DNA from: Gemmatimonadota bacterium
GTDB taxonomy: Bacteria > Gemmatimonadota > Gemmatimonadetes > Longimicrobiales > RSA9
Reading direction: 5' to 3'
Length of the DNA stretch: 38,903 nucleotides
Assembly: GCA_040905425.1 (NCBI GenBank)
Contig: JBBDRO010000067.1
Span: 5,233-44,135 of the forward strand
Below the pieces are notes generated by a model. That model worked only from the letters and a program-made list of their open reading frames with translations, was not told where the DNA came from and searched no databases. The translations under genes were made by a program, and so were the position numbers. Positions 1-9,051 of the stretch are shown one piece after another (the first letter of the stretch is position 1; each line of letters opens with the position of its first letter).

Positions 1-200
1 CTTCTTGGTGGCCTTCTTCTTGGTGGCCTTCTTCTTGGTCGCCTTCTTGGTGGCCTTCTTCTTGGTGGCCTTCTTGGTCGCCTTCTTGGTGGCCTTCTTC
101 TTGGTGGCCTTCTTCTTGGTGGCCTTCTTTGCGGTCTTCTTGGTCGCCTTCTTCTTGGTCGCCTTCTTCTTGGTCGCCTTCTTCTTGGTCGCCTTCTTGG
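1..200 (-). repeat. Coding tandem repeat of 12/15-nt units encoding KKAT/KKKAT
   Basis: Repeated cttcttggt(g/c)gcctt units on the + strand. Confidence 0.85.
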
Positions 201-585
201 CGGTCTTCCTGGTGGCCTTCTTGGCGGACTTCTTGGCCGCCTTGCGGGCCGGAGCCTTCTTGGCTGTCTTCCTGGCGGACTTCTTGGCTGTCTTCTTGGC
301 GGCCTTCTTGGTAGCCTTCTTCGTGGTCTTCTTTGCCGTGGTCTTGCGAGCGGTCTTCTTGGCCGCCTTCTTCCTGGTGGCCTTCTTGGCCGCCTTGCGG
401 GCCGGCGCCTTCTTCGCGGCCTTCTTGGCGGCCGTCTTCTTGGCGGGCGCCTTGGCGGTCTTCCTCGCGGCCGGCTTCTTGGCCGCCTTCTTCTTCGCGG
501 CCGGCTTCTTCGCCGCCGCCTTCTTCTTCGCGGTCGGCTTCTTCGCCGCCGCGGCCTTACGAGTTCCAGACTTCTTGGTTGCCAT
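1..585 (-). CDS. Histone H1-like basic protein (Lys/Ala/Thr-rich, HctB/Hc2-like), 3' end outside window
   Basis: ATG at 585 with GGAGG RBS upstream. Reads MATKKSGTRKAAAAKKPTAKKKAAAKKPAAKK... and ends in KKKAT repeats; 195 codons open to the window edge. Not in the ORF track because there is no stop codon in the window. Confidence 0.9.
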   Translation of the reverse strand, partial: MATKKSGTRKAAAAKKPTAKKKAAAKKPAAKKKAAKKPAARKTAKAPAKKTAAKKAAKKAPARKAAKKATRKKAAKKTARKTTAKKTTKKATKKAAKKTAKKSARKTAKKAPARKAAKKSAKKATRKTAKKATKKKATKKKATKKKATKKTAKKATKKKATKKKATKKATKKATKKKATKKATKKKATKKKATKK

Positions 586-646
586 GAACGGCCTCCGTCT
601 GAGGGTAGCTGGAGCGCGGTAGGCGACTGCCTCTCCGGTGTGCAAT

Positions 647-687
647 AAAATGAAGTGCGCTTCCCTCTGGCGCAACAGATTTTTTTT
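647..687 (-). promoter_or_regulatory. Putative sigma70 promoter with A-tract (UP-like) for the histone-like gene
   Basis: On the minus strand: A8 tract (680-687), TTGCGC (670-675), 17-nt spacer, CATTTT (647-652), in an AT-rich island. Confidence 0.45.
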
Positions 688-764
688 ACAGAAGCTTGAG
701 CGTCACCGCGAAGCTCGCCCCGGGGAGCTCCCCTGGGGGAGCGCCGCGACCCCTTCGAAGAGGA

Positions 765-1520
765 ATGGCCAGCACCATGGGAGCGGTTGAATGGAGTCCC
801 GTCGAGCGCCCGCCGAAGCTACCTCCGGAGGAGGTTCACGTGTGGCGAACGGCCACGCTTTCACGGGGTGACACGCATGATGCATTGCTTCTCTCCCAGG
901 GGGAACGACGCCGCGCCGAACGGCTGCGCGATACGCGGGAGCGGGCGCGCTTCGTGGCGGGCCGCGCCATCGTGCGACGCATACTCGGCGCCTATGCGGG
1001 CAGGCCCGCCGACGAGCTTGCCTTTCAGTACGGGGCCTTCGGCAAGCCGTTCCTGGAGGAGGAGGAAGGCGGCGGCTTCCGCTTCAGCGTCACGCACGCC
1101 GGTGACCTGCTGATGATTGCCGTGACGCACGGGAGGGACGTGGGCGTGGACGTGGAGCGGGTGCGCGAGGTGCGCCGCCACGAGCGGATCGCGCGGCGCC
1201 ATTTCGCGCCTGCCGTGTGTGCCACGCTGGCCGGTATCGAGGCGCCCCGACGCACACTCGGCTTCCTGCACGCATGGACGTGTCTGGAAGCCCACGCTAA
1301 GGCGCTCGGGGGGGGCGTGTACGCAACGCGCACGTATCTGCCATTGGCGTGGCCTCCCGCGGCGCACGCGAGCGTGGTCCGGGAGGAGGGGCAGGGAGCG
1401 GCGGATCGGGTCTGGACCATGCAGGTATTGCGACCGGCGGAAGGCTTTGTGGCCACGGTCGTGGCACAGGGGCCGGGCGCCGCGTTCCGCTTCCTCGAAG
1501 TTCCCTCGCGGCGCGGTTGA
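765..1520 (+). CDS. 4'-phosphopantetheinyl transferase (Sfp type)
   Basis: GKPFL, FSVTHAG, VGVDVE and WTCLEAHAKALG motifs. Start at ATG 765 or 777 is more likely than TTG 696. Confidence 0.85.
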   Translation: MASTMGAVEWSPVERPPKLPPEEVHVWRTATLSRGDTHDALLLSQGERRRAERLRDTRERARFVAGRAIVRRILGAYAGRPADELAFQYGAFGKPFLEEEEGGGFRFSVTHAGDLLMIAVTHGRDVGVDVERVREVRRHERIARRHFAPAVCATLAGIEAPRRTLGFLHAWTCLEAHAKALGGGVYATRTYLPLAWPPAAHASVVREEGQGAADRVWTMQVLRPAEGFVATVVAQGPGAAFRFLEVPSRRG

Positions 1521-1542
1521 GCCCGCGCCGCGAGGGCGGCCT

Positions 1543-2925
1543 TCACACCGGCTCGGCTTCCTGCAGGCCCATCACGCGCTCATGCCGATGCGCGGAGCGT
1601 CCTTCCACGATCGGCTCCAGCACGGCTTCGAGGGTGGGGGTGCCCAGCACCCGTAGCTCGTAGCGGACGCGGGTATGCGGCATGGGAATCGTCACCAGAC
1701 GCGCCAGGTCGATGGGCGTCCCGACCGCCACCGCTTCGACACCGTCCGCCGCAGCACGGGCCAGCGTTTCCTCGAGATCGCGCACCTGCGCGTCACCGTA
1801 CCCCATGGCGGGCAGGAGCGTGCCGATCTCCGGATAACGTTCGTACGTGGCCGCGATCTCCCCCACGGCGTAGGGTCGGGGGTCCACGATCTCGCGCGCG
1901 CCCGCTTCCCGCGCGCCCAACGTGCCCGCGCCGTAGCGCATGCCACCGTGCGTGAGCGTGGGACCGTCTTCGATGACCAGGACACGCCGGCCGGTGAGCA
2001 CATCCGGCTGGTCCACCGTGACGGGTGAGGCAGCTTCCACGATGGTGGCCGCCGGGTTCAGACGGGCCACGTTGGCGCGCACCTCACGCACTGCGGCGGG
2101 ATAGGCCGTGTCGATCTTGTTGATGAGCACCACGTCGGCCAGGCGGACGTTGGTCTCACCCGGGTAGTAGGACACCTCGTGCCCCGGACGATGCGGATCC
2201 ACCACGGTGAGGTAGAGGTCGGGCCGAATGAAGGCCGTGTCATTGTTGCCGCCATCCCACAGGATGACGTCCGCCTCCTCCTCGGCTCGGCGCAGGATGG
2301 CCTCGTAGTCCACCCCGGCGTACACCACCGAACCGCTGGCGATGTGCGGCTCGTACTCCTCGCGTTCCTCGATCGTGACGTCGTGCGCCACCAGGTCTTC
2401 CTCACCGGCAAAGCGCTGCACCGCCTGGCGCGCCAGGTCACCGTACGGCATGGGATGGCGCAGGACCGCCACCCGCAGGCCGGCCCGCCGCAGCACGGCG
2501 ACGACGGCGCGGCTCGTCTGGCTCTTCCCAGCGCCCGTGCGCGAGGCGCACACGGCCACCACCGGGCGGACCGACTGGAGCATGGTACCGGTGGCCGAAA
2601 GCAGCTGGAAGTCGGCACCGAGCGCGTTGCAGCGGCAGGCCAGGTGCATGACGTGCTCGTGAGAGACATCCGAGTACGCCATGACGCAGGCGTCCACCTC
2701 CAGATCCTCGACCAGTCGATCCAGCTCGCGCTCCTCGAAGATCGGGATGCCGTCCGGATAGAGGGGCCCGGCCAGTTCGGCGGGATAGCGGCGCTCCGCG
2801 ATGTGCGGAATCTGCTCGGCCGTGAAGCCCACCACCTCCACGTCCTCCGCGGTGCGGTAAACCATGTTGAAATTGTGGAAGTCGCGCCCCGCGGCGCCCA
2901 GGATGAGGATGCGCTTGCGCTGCAT
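1543..2925 (-). CDS. COG2403-type P-loop NTPase (cyclic 2,3-diphosphoglycerate synthetase-like / possible arginine synthetase ArcE)
   Basis: N-terminal ILGAAGRDFHNFN, P-loop RTGAGKSQT, RHPMPYG, TIEEREEYEPH, WDGGNND, EDGPTLTHGGM and LLPAMGY. Start set at MQRKR (2925). Confidence 0.85.
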   Translation of the reverse strand: MQRKRILILGAAGRDFHNFNMVYRTAEDVEVVGFTAEQIPHIAERRYPAELAGPLYPDGIPIFEERELDRLVEDLEVDACVMAYSDVSHEHVMHLACRCNALGADFQLLSATGTMLQSVRPVVAVCASRTGAGKSQTSRAVVAVLRRAGLRVAVLRHPMPYGDLARQAVQRFAGEEDLVAHDVTIEEREEYEPHIASGSVVYAGVDYEAILRRAEEEADVILWDGGNNDTAFIRPDLYLTVVDPHRPGHEVSYYPGETNVRLADVVLINKIDTAYPAAVREVRANVARLNPAATIVEAASPVTVDQPDVLTGRRVLVIEDGPTLTHGGMRYGAGTLGAREAGAREIVDPRPYAVGEIAATYERYPEIGTLLPAMGYGDAQVRDLEETLARAAADGVEAVAVGTPIDLARLVTIPMPHTRVRYELRVLGTPTLEAVLEPIVEGRSAHRHERVMGLQEAEPV

Positions 2926-3090
2926 GGTCCGCCTCGTGATTAGCGTTGCCCGGCGTTTACCCAGTCTAAAGGTGGGTGCCAGGGGCGGCGGGGGCAGTCG
3001 GGGAAATCCACGAACCGGTGTCAGGCGCCGCCCCACGGTCGGGGGAGGTGGCCGCAAGGCACTGACCCGCAACGGCGGTTGGCAGGCGCT

Positions 3091-4071
3091 TCAGCTGGCC
3101 TCGGCAAGCGGCTCACCCAGGCGCACCTCGCGCCCCGGCACCACGTCATCCCCCAGGCGCACCCGCGGCTCCAGCAGCAGGATGACCGTGGAGCCCAGGT
3201 GGAAGGCCATGATCTCCTGACCACGCTCCATGAAGGGCGCTGGATCATAGGTGCGGGTCTCCGCCACCGCATCCTTGCGATTCGTGGTGAAGCCGTGCTC
3301 CCCGCTGCTCCAGCGCGGGTCGAACGCGGTGGAAATACGCCCCACGTTGTACGCCCCCACGGCCACCACAGCTACGCCGCCGAGCGGCCCGTCCACGTAG
3401 CACACGAGCCGCTCCGAGCGTGGAAAGAGCCGGTCGATGTGCAGCACCCCCGGCTCGTTGACCGGCAGCAGGGCGCCGGGCACGTGGCGCGCCTTCACCA
3501 CCCGCCCTTCGGTGGGCGTGTGGATGCGGTGGTAATGACGCGGACTCAGGTAGAGCGTGACGAACGGCCCGCCCTCGAAGCGGCGGGCCTCGGCGCCGTC
3601 ATCGAGCAGCTCCGCGGCCGAGTAGAGGCGGCCCTTGGCCTGCACCAGCCGGTCCTGCCGCAGCGTGCCCACCTGCCCCAGGATGCCGTCCACCGGCGAT
3701 GCTGCCACGTCAGCGCGCTCGGGCCAGTGCCGCGCCCCCGGCCGCAGCTGGCGCACGAAGAACGCGTTGATGGAGGGGTAGTCCGTCACCGGCCGTTCCG
3801 CTTCCGACGTATCCGCGCCCACGATCCGGGCAAAGCCGCCGATGATGGCGCGACGCAGGCGCACCGGCACGGGAATGTCCGCCAGTTCACCGAAGGTGCG
3901 GCTGAGCGTGGCCTGGGGCAGGCGCTCGAGCAGGGCGATGAGCGCCCGCCACCGGCGGCCCGGCAGCTCCGGCGTCACCTGGGGTACGTGCTCCGTGGTG
4001 CGCGCTGGCATGCGCCCCGCGCTGGCGGCGGATGGCGCATCGGAGGGAGAGGAGGCGTCGTCGCTTATCAT
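3091..4071 (-). CDS. psd: Phosphatidylserine decarboxylase proenzyme
   Basis: FFVRQLRPGAR, ASPVDG, QAKG, YLSPRHYHRIH and the autocleavage motif FHLGSTVILL. Start overlaps the upstream stop (TGATG); alternative start at 4011. Confidence 0.92.
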   Translation of the reverse strand: MISDDASSPSDAPSAASAGRMPARTTEHVPQVTPELPGRRWRALIALLERLPQATLSRTFGELADIPVPVRLRRAIIGGFARIVGADTSEAERPVTDYPSINAFFVRQLRPGARHWPERADVAASPVDGILGQVGTLRQDRLVQAKGRLYSAAELLDDGAEARRFEGGPFVTLYLSPRHYHRIHTPTEGRVVKARHVPGALLPVNEPGVLHIDRLFPRSERLVCYVDGPLGGVAVVAVGAYNVGRISTAFDPRWSSGEHGFTTNRKDAVAETRTYDPAPFMERGQEIMAFHLGSTVILLLEPRVRLGDDVVPGREVRLGEPLAEAS

Positions 4072-5822
4072 CAGTTTCGTGTGCCGTACCGATCAGCTGT
4101 GCGATCCCACACCACCTGCCCGCCCACGACGGTGTAGTCCACGCGTGCGTGCAGGATGTCTGCGGTGGGGATGGTGAAGAGGTCGCGGTCCAGGATGACG
4201 AGGTCGGCCAGGCGACCCGGCACGAGCGCACCCTTCACGTTCTCCAGATGTTCGCCGTAGGCGCTGCCGACCGTGTAGTAGTAGATGCTCTCCCAGACGC
4301 TCAGCTTCTGCTCGGGGAACCAGCCCTCGACCGGCGCCATCTCCTGGATATTCGTGCGGGTGACGGCGCTGAAGACGCCGCGCATGGGGTCGAGCGGCTC
4401 CACCGACCAGTCAGTGCCGAACGCCAGCACGGCGCCGCCCTGCAGGAGGGAGCGCCAGGCGTAGGCGGTCTTGGAGCGTTCGAAGCCCACGCGGTGCTCG
4501 GCAAAGCGCATGTCGGTGGTCTGATGCGTGGGCTGCATGCTGGGGATGACGCCGAGCTGACCGAAGCGCGGCAGGTCCGTGGGCTTGATGAGCTGCGCGT
4601 GCTCGATGCGATGGCGCATGCCACGCGTGCCGTTCACGAGCGCCGCCTTCTCGTAGGCGTCCAGCACCATGGTGACGCCGCGATCGCCAATGGCGTGGAT
4701 GCCGATCTGCAGGCCGGCGCGATCGGCCCTGAGCACCGCCGAATCCAGCTCCTCCTGGGTCATGCGCGGCAGGCCCTCGAAGTCGGGGCGGTCGCTGAAC
4801 GGCTCGTGCATGGCGGCGGTGCCATCCCCGAGCGTGCCGTCCACGAAGCCCTTGGCAATGCCCGTGCGCACCCAGTAATCACCCTGGCCGGAGCGCACGC
4901 CCTGCGCCAGGTAGCGCTCCGCTGCGCCAAGCGAGAGCCAGCCCGTGAAGCGAAGCGTCAGGGCCCCCTCATCCCGCAGTTCGCGCATGAGCGCCATGTC
5001 GCTGCCGCCGGCGCTGGACTGGATGCTGGTGAGGCCCAGCTCGGCGGCGTGACGCAGGGCGTTCACGAACTGTCCGCGGCGCTCGGCGGCGGCGTCCGTG
5101 CCGCTGCGTTCGGCGCGCTGGATGCGCAGGAGACCGGCTGCCGTTTCCAGCAGGATACCCGTGGGTTCGCCGGTGACCGGGTCCTGCTGGATTTCCCCGG
5201 CCGCGGGATCCGGCGTGTCCCGGGTGATGCCGGACACCTCCAGCGCCATGCTGTTGGCCCAGGTGGAGTGGCCGCTCGCGCGGGTGAGGGCCACGGGGTT
5301 GGCGGGTGCGACGCGGTCCAGGTCCGCCCTGGTGGGCCAGTCATCGGCGGCGGCCCAGAGCGTGTGGTCGTAGCGCGATCCGGTGATCCATTCGCCCGGC
5401 TGCGCCGCGTCCACCTTCTCCTTCACCAGGCGCAGGACCTCCTCCAGGGAATCCACACCATAGAGGTTCAGACTGGCCAGCAGACGGGCGCCCCCGCTGA
5501 AGTGGGCGTGGCTGTCATTGAAGCCCGGGATCACGAGGCGTCCGTCGGCATTGATGACACGCGTGTCAGGGCCCACGTAGGGAGCGATGTCTGCCGCCGT
5601 TCCCACGGCCACGATCCACTCACCGCGGGCGGCCAACGCATCGGCGTGCGGGTAGCGGGTGTCCATGGTCATGATCCTGGCGTTGGTCACCACCAGGGTT
5701 GCGGGCTCCTGCGCCCGCGCGGCGGCGGGCACGAGGGCCGCCGCCGCCCCCCCCCCCGCCAGGTAGGCGGCGCACGCGACCAGCAGGAGAGGCGCGTCGA
5801 GACGGCGGGGACGATGCGGCAT
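4071..5822 (-). CDS. Secreted amidohydrolase family 3 (YtcJ-like)
   Basis: Signal peptide, then PGFNDSHAH, KGFVDG, HAIGD, RIEHAQ, FGTDW and GRLADLVILD. ATG 5822 has a GGAG RBS. Confidence 0.9.
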   Translation of the reverse strand: MPHRPRRLDAPLLLVACAAYLAGGGAAAALVPAAARAQEPATLVVTNARIMTMDTRYPHADALAARGEWIVAVGTAADIAPYVGPDTRVINADGRLVIPGFNDSHAHFSGGARLLASLNLYGVDSLEEVLRLVKEKVDAAQPGEWITGSRYDHTLWAAADDWPTRADLDRVAPANPVALTRASGHSTWANSMALEVSGITRDTPDPAAGEIQQDPVTGEPTGILLETAAGLLRIQRAERSGTDAAAERRGQFVNALRHAAELGLTSIQSSAGGSDMALMRELRDEGALTLRFTGWLSLGAAERYLAQGVRSGQGDYWVRTGIAKGFVDGTLGDGTAAMHEPFSDRPDFEGLPRMTQEELDSAVLRADRAGLQIGIHAIGDRGVTMVLDAYEKAALVNGTRGMRHRIEHAQLIKPTDLPRFGQLGVIPSMQPTHQTTDMRFAEHRVGFERSKTAYAWRSLLQGGAVLAFGTDWSVEPLDPMRGVFSAVTRTNIQEMAPVEGWFPEQKLSVWESIYYYTVGSAYGEHLENVKGALVPGRLADLVILDRDLFTIPTADILHARVDYTVVGGQVVWDRTADRYGTRN

Positions 5823-5908
5823 GGCGGGCTCCAGTCGACGATGGTTGCTCGCGGGCGCGGGACGCACCTGCAACGTAGGGCCGCCTGCCTGGCGCGTCGA
5901 GACTGGCC

Positions 5909-7168
5909 TCAGGGCTTGCGCAGCGGGAGCAGTTGCACGCGTTCCACGTCCAGTTCGTCCTGGCGGCGCACGAGCAGCCAGTCGCGACCCACCTCGAGCA
6001 GCCGGGTGCGGGGCGGCACCGTGATGCCGCCGAGGTAACGGCCATCCGCGGCCACGACGCGCCACCGGGTGGGCTCGACCACGGGCAGGCTCCAGCCGCC
6101 CAACCAGAAATTCCCGTCGGGGTCGGTGAGCAGCCGGGCGTAGGCGGGATGGGTGAGCGGCGTGGGCATCTCTTCCAGGGCCTCGCGCATGCGGGCGCGT
6201 TGCTCCGCAGCCTCCACCGGCAGGAGGTCCAGGAGTTCACGGCGGAAGTCAGTCATGTGCTCGGCCGTGACGGCCGAATCGGCCCCCAGCACCCGCACCA
6301 GGCGCGCGAGTCCGCCGTCGGGGCCATAGCCCGCCAGCTCGAAGTCCTGGCCGGTGCCCACCCAGAGGGTGTCCTCGTACGCCGCCAGCACGGTCTCCCT
6401 ACCGAAGGGCGCAATGGTCACGAAGGCCCGGCCGAGGCGGCCGCTCACGAACTGCTCCGCGCCCGGCACGATGCGCAGCGTGTCCTCCAGGGCGCCGTCC
6501 GGAGCGAACATCAGTACGGGCACGCTGTCCCGTATGACCTGACCCGTCCGGGAGGTGTCGGCGCGGGAGGACGCGCCGGGCGGTACGGCGGCCATGCGAC
6601 CGCCGGCCAGGAAGGAGAGACCGCGCAGGGGCGCGCTCGTGGGCCGCGCCAGCTGCACGCTGCGCACGAGCACCGCGTTGGGGTCATAGATACGCACGCG
6701 GCCGGTGGCGAAGTCATAGGCGCCCACCGAATCGGCCGCGAGCCGATGCACGGACGCCAGGTCCCGGAACTCGTCGGGTCCGCCGCCGGCGCCACCCCGC
6801 GAGGCGAGCAGCGTACCGTCCGGGCCGTACCAGCGCACCTCGGCCGTGCCCCGGTTGGCCACCACGATGCGGCCATCGCCGAGGCGGACCGCCGAGAGGA
6901 CGCCGAACAGCTGCTGGTCTGCGGCACCGTCGGCCACGCCGATCGAGAGCATCGGTTCCGTGGCAATGCTCCAGCCGGCGGTGGTCTCCCACGCGGCGCC
7001 GCGGCTCTCCGACACGGTCACGGCCGCGCTGTCGCGCACGACGAGTCCGGTATCGGCCGCGCGGCTCTCACAGGCGGCGATCAGCGGCGCGGCCGTCATC
7101 CACAGCAGCAGGGGACCGGGGACTCCGGGGATCGGGCGCTGGATTCCGCGACGAGTGTGCATCACCAT
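5909..7168 (-). CDS. 6-bladed beta-propeller (TolB/NHL-like) putative lipoprotein
   Basis: Lipobox-like LIAAC, DGRIVVAN, GGAGGGPDEF and repeated DG beta-turns; C-terminal DELDVERV. Confidence 0.75.
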   Translation of the reverse strand: MVMHTRRGIQRPIPGVPGPLLLWMTAAPLIAACESRAADTGLVVRDSAAVTVSESRGAAWETTAGWSIATEPMLSIGVADGAADQQLFGVLSAVRLGDGRIVVANRGTAEVRWYGPDGTLLASRGGAGGGPDEFRDLASVHRLAADSVGAYDFATGRVRIYDPNAVLVRSVQLARPTSAPLRGLSFLAGGRMAAVPPGASSRADTSRTGQVIRDSVPVLMFAPDGALEDTLRIVPGAEQFVSGRLGRAFVTIAPFGRETVLAAYEDTLWVGTGQDFELAGYGPDGGLARLVRVLGADSAVTAEHMTDFRRELLDLLPVEAAEQRARMREALEEMPTPLTHPAYARLLTDPDGNFWLGGWSLPVVEPTRWRVVAADGRYLGGITVPPRTRLLEVGRDWLLVRRQDELDVERVQLLPLRKP

Positions 7169-7173
7169 GCCAC

Positions 7174-8646
7174 CTACGCCAGGTCGTTCAGGAGGCGCAG
7201 CCAGCCACGCAGCTGCGCATACACCAGGAAGTGATCATGGGCGCGGCGCTGGGCGTTGCGGCCCCACGCGGAGCGACCGGCCGAATCCGCCAGCATGGCG
7301 TCCAGCGCGTCCGCGAGCGCCGTACGATCCGTCGGGTCCTGCAGCAGCCGGCCATCCAGGTTGTCCCGGATCTGCTGCCTCGGTCCCACGGCCATGCTGT
7401 TGGTGAGCACCGGCACCCGCTTCCACATGGCCTCGGTGATGGTGAGGCCGAAGCCCTCGCGCAGGGAATTCTGCACCACGATCGTGGAGGCGCGCTGCAG
7501 GGCGTTGACCATGAGGGCATTCTCCGCGGGCACGCGCATCGGCAGCGCCACCACCGCGATGTCGGCCTGAATCTCGGCCGGCAGCTCCCGGTAGGCCGCC
7601 GCCAGTTCCTCGATGACGACCTGGCCTTCGGGATCGTCAGCGACCGAATCCGGGTCGGGGCCGGCCAGGACCAGCCGCACGAGGGCGCGGCGGCGATCGT
7701 GCAGCTCGCCCATGGGGGGCAATTCGCCCGCGTGGCAGCGCCGCTTGAACTCGGCAAAGCCCTGCAGCAGCGGCAGGAAGCCCTTCAGTCGATCCCAGCG
7801 GGAGATCTGCGTGATGATCGGCCGATGCAGCAGCCCGATGTCCTCCGGCGCGCGCGCCGAGGCGAAGCGGCCGTTGCCGTTCAACCGCTGCGCCTGGTCC
7901 TCGAACGGCGGCCGGACCACCGGCCCGACCCGCCCCACCAGCCCGGCGTTGGAGAGAATGCCAACCACGGCATGGATGTGCAGGTGCCGGTTCTTGTGCG
8001 TGAGCGGGTCGATGGCGGGATAGATCATGGTGGAGCGGCCCGCCAGGAACGGCGCGATGTATTCCGGGGCGGAGAAGACGCCGTAATCGTACGCGGCGCC
8101 GTAGGGTTCCAGGAAGCGCCAGGCGTCGCGCGTCTCCGCGGTGTCCTGATCCAGCCCGATGTGGCAGCGCCACACTGCCCGCACCCGCCGCTCCCGCTTG
8201 AGCATGCCGGCGAGCGGCATGGGCTGCGGATCGTGGACCGCCAGGAAGTCACCGTCCGCCACGAGCGGAAGCAGGGCCTGCGCGTTCTCAGCGTTCACAC
8301 GCTCGAACAGCGTCCGATCCTCGGCACTGAGGCCCGCCTGGCCGCTGCCGTGGATGAGATTGTGGATGCGCTTGGTGAGGTGGAAGAAGGCATCGTCCTC
8401 GGACTCGATGACCGCCCACTTCGTGGCGATCCCCAGATCGCGCAGGAGCGCCACCATGGTGGGCAGCATCTCCGCCACGCCGCCACCCGCGGCGGTGGAG
8501 TTCAGCATCCACACGGTGCGCCCCCGCAGCCGCCGAACCACCGCCTCCGCCTCCGAGCGAAGTTGCTGGACCGCCGGGGCCAGATGGGCGATCTCGGCAT
8601 GATCGGCCAGGGCGGCCGCCGCGGTTACGTCTACCTGTCGTGCCAC
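7174..8646 (-). CDS. treT: GT4 glycosyltransferase, trehalose synthase TreT-like
   Basis: NSTAAGGGVAEML, HDPQP, WRCHI, QISRWDRLKG, ADDPEG and REGFGLTITEAMWK. Confidence 0.82.
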   Translation of the reverse strand: MARQVDVTAAAALADHAEIAHLAPAVQQLRSEAEAVVRRLRGRTVWMLNSTAAGGGVAEMLPTMVALLRDLGIATKWAVIESEDDAFFHLTKRIHNLIHGSGQAGLSAEDRTLFERVNAENAQALLPLVADGDFLAVHDPQPMPLAGMLKRERRVRAVWRCHIGLDQDTAETRDAWRFLEPYGAAYDYGVFSAPEYIAPFLAGRSTMIYPAIDPLTHKNRHLHIHAVVGILSNAGLVGRVGPVVRPPFEDQAQRLNGNGRFASARAPEDIGLLHRPIITQISRWDRLKGFLPLLQGFAEFKRRCHAGELPPMGELHDRRRALVRLVLAGPDPDSVADDPEGQVVIEELAAAYRELPAEIQADIAVVALPMRVPAENALMVNALQRASTIVVQNSLREGFGLTITEAMWKRVPVLTNSMAVGPRQQIRDNLDGRLLQDPTDRTALADALDAMLADSAGRSAWGRNAQRRAHDHFLVYAQLRGWLRLLNDLA

Positions 8647-8780
8647 GATCCCCGGATGCTGGGTGAGTAAGTGCCATCACGGGCGGGATCGAATGTACAC
8701 GGCACGGCGGGCTGCGGGAACCTTCGACACCGTGCCGGGGCCCGATGACCCCGTCCGTCATCCGAGCGGCGCGGGGCGGC

Positions 8781-8969
8781 TTACACGGCCGACTCCGTGG
8801 CGCGGAGCGCGCGCTCACATTCCTCGCACGCGCACCCCAGATCGGTGCAGGGCACACCATCCGCCTGGGCCTCGGCGCAACAGATAGAGAGCGCGGGCCG
8901 ACCTCCCGCCGGGCCCCGTTCCTCCGCACGAACCGCGCGCCCTGGATTGGTCTCGGTCGGCCGCTTCAT
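8781..8969 (-). CDS. Small Cys-rich hypothetical protein (62 aa; alternative start 8996)
   Basis: Lies in an otherwise empty 530-bp gap. C-terminal CCAEAQADGVPCTDLGCACEEC with GC-rich third codon positions; TAA stop. Confidence 0.6.
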   Translation of the reverse strand: MKRPTETNPGRAVRAEERGPAGGRPALSICCAEAQADGVPCTDLGCACEECERALRATESAV

Positions 8970-9022
8970 GGCTGGTTGAGACCGGGAATCATTCATAATT
9001 TTTTCATCTCCGGGCAACGCCC

Positions 9023-9051
9023 TTGCCAGCGTGGACTGTCCTGGCAATAAT
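9023..9051 (+). promoter_or_regulatory. Putative sigma70 promoter of the 2-oxoacid oxidoreductase operon, overlapped by an inverted repeat
   Basis: TTGCCA (9023-9028), 17 nt, AATAAT (9046-9051). TTGCCAG-N11-CTGGCAA inverted repeat at 9023-9047. Confidence 0.55.

Noticed and set aside
1..200. Repeats as a possible CRISPR array
   Set aside because: Units are tandem, in frame and have no unique spacers; no cas genes are present.
5..622. 205-aa hydrophobic FFLVA-repeat ORF on the + strand
   Set aside because: Antisense shadow of the Lys-rich gene; the minus strand has the ATG, RBS and promoter.
4032..8670. Long + strand ORFs (668, 433 and 479 aa) and similar long antisense ORFs elsewhere
   Set aside because: They lie opposite well-supported genes, have no motifs, and are expected at this GC content.
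8700..8737. 8-bp inverted repeat CGGCACGG/CCGTGCCG upstream of treT
   Set aside because: Short, GC-rich, with a long loop and no U-tract; compatible with chance.
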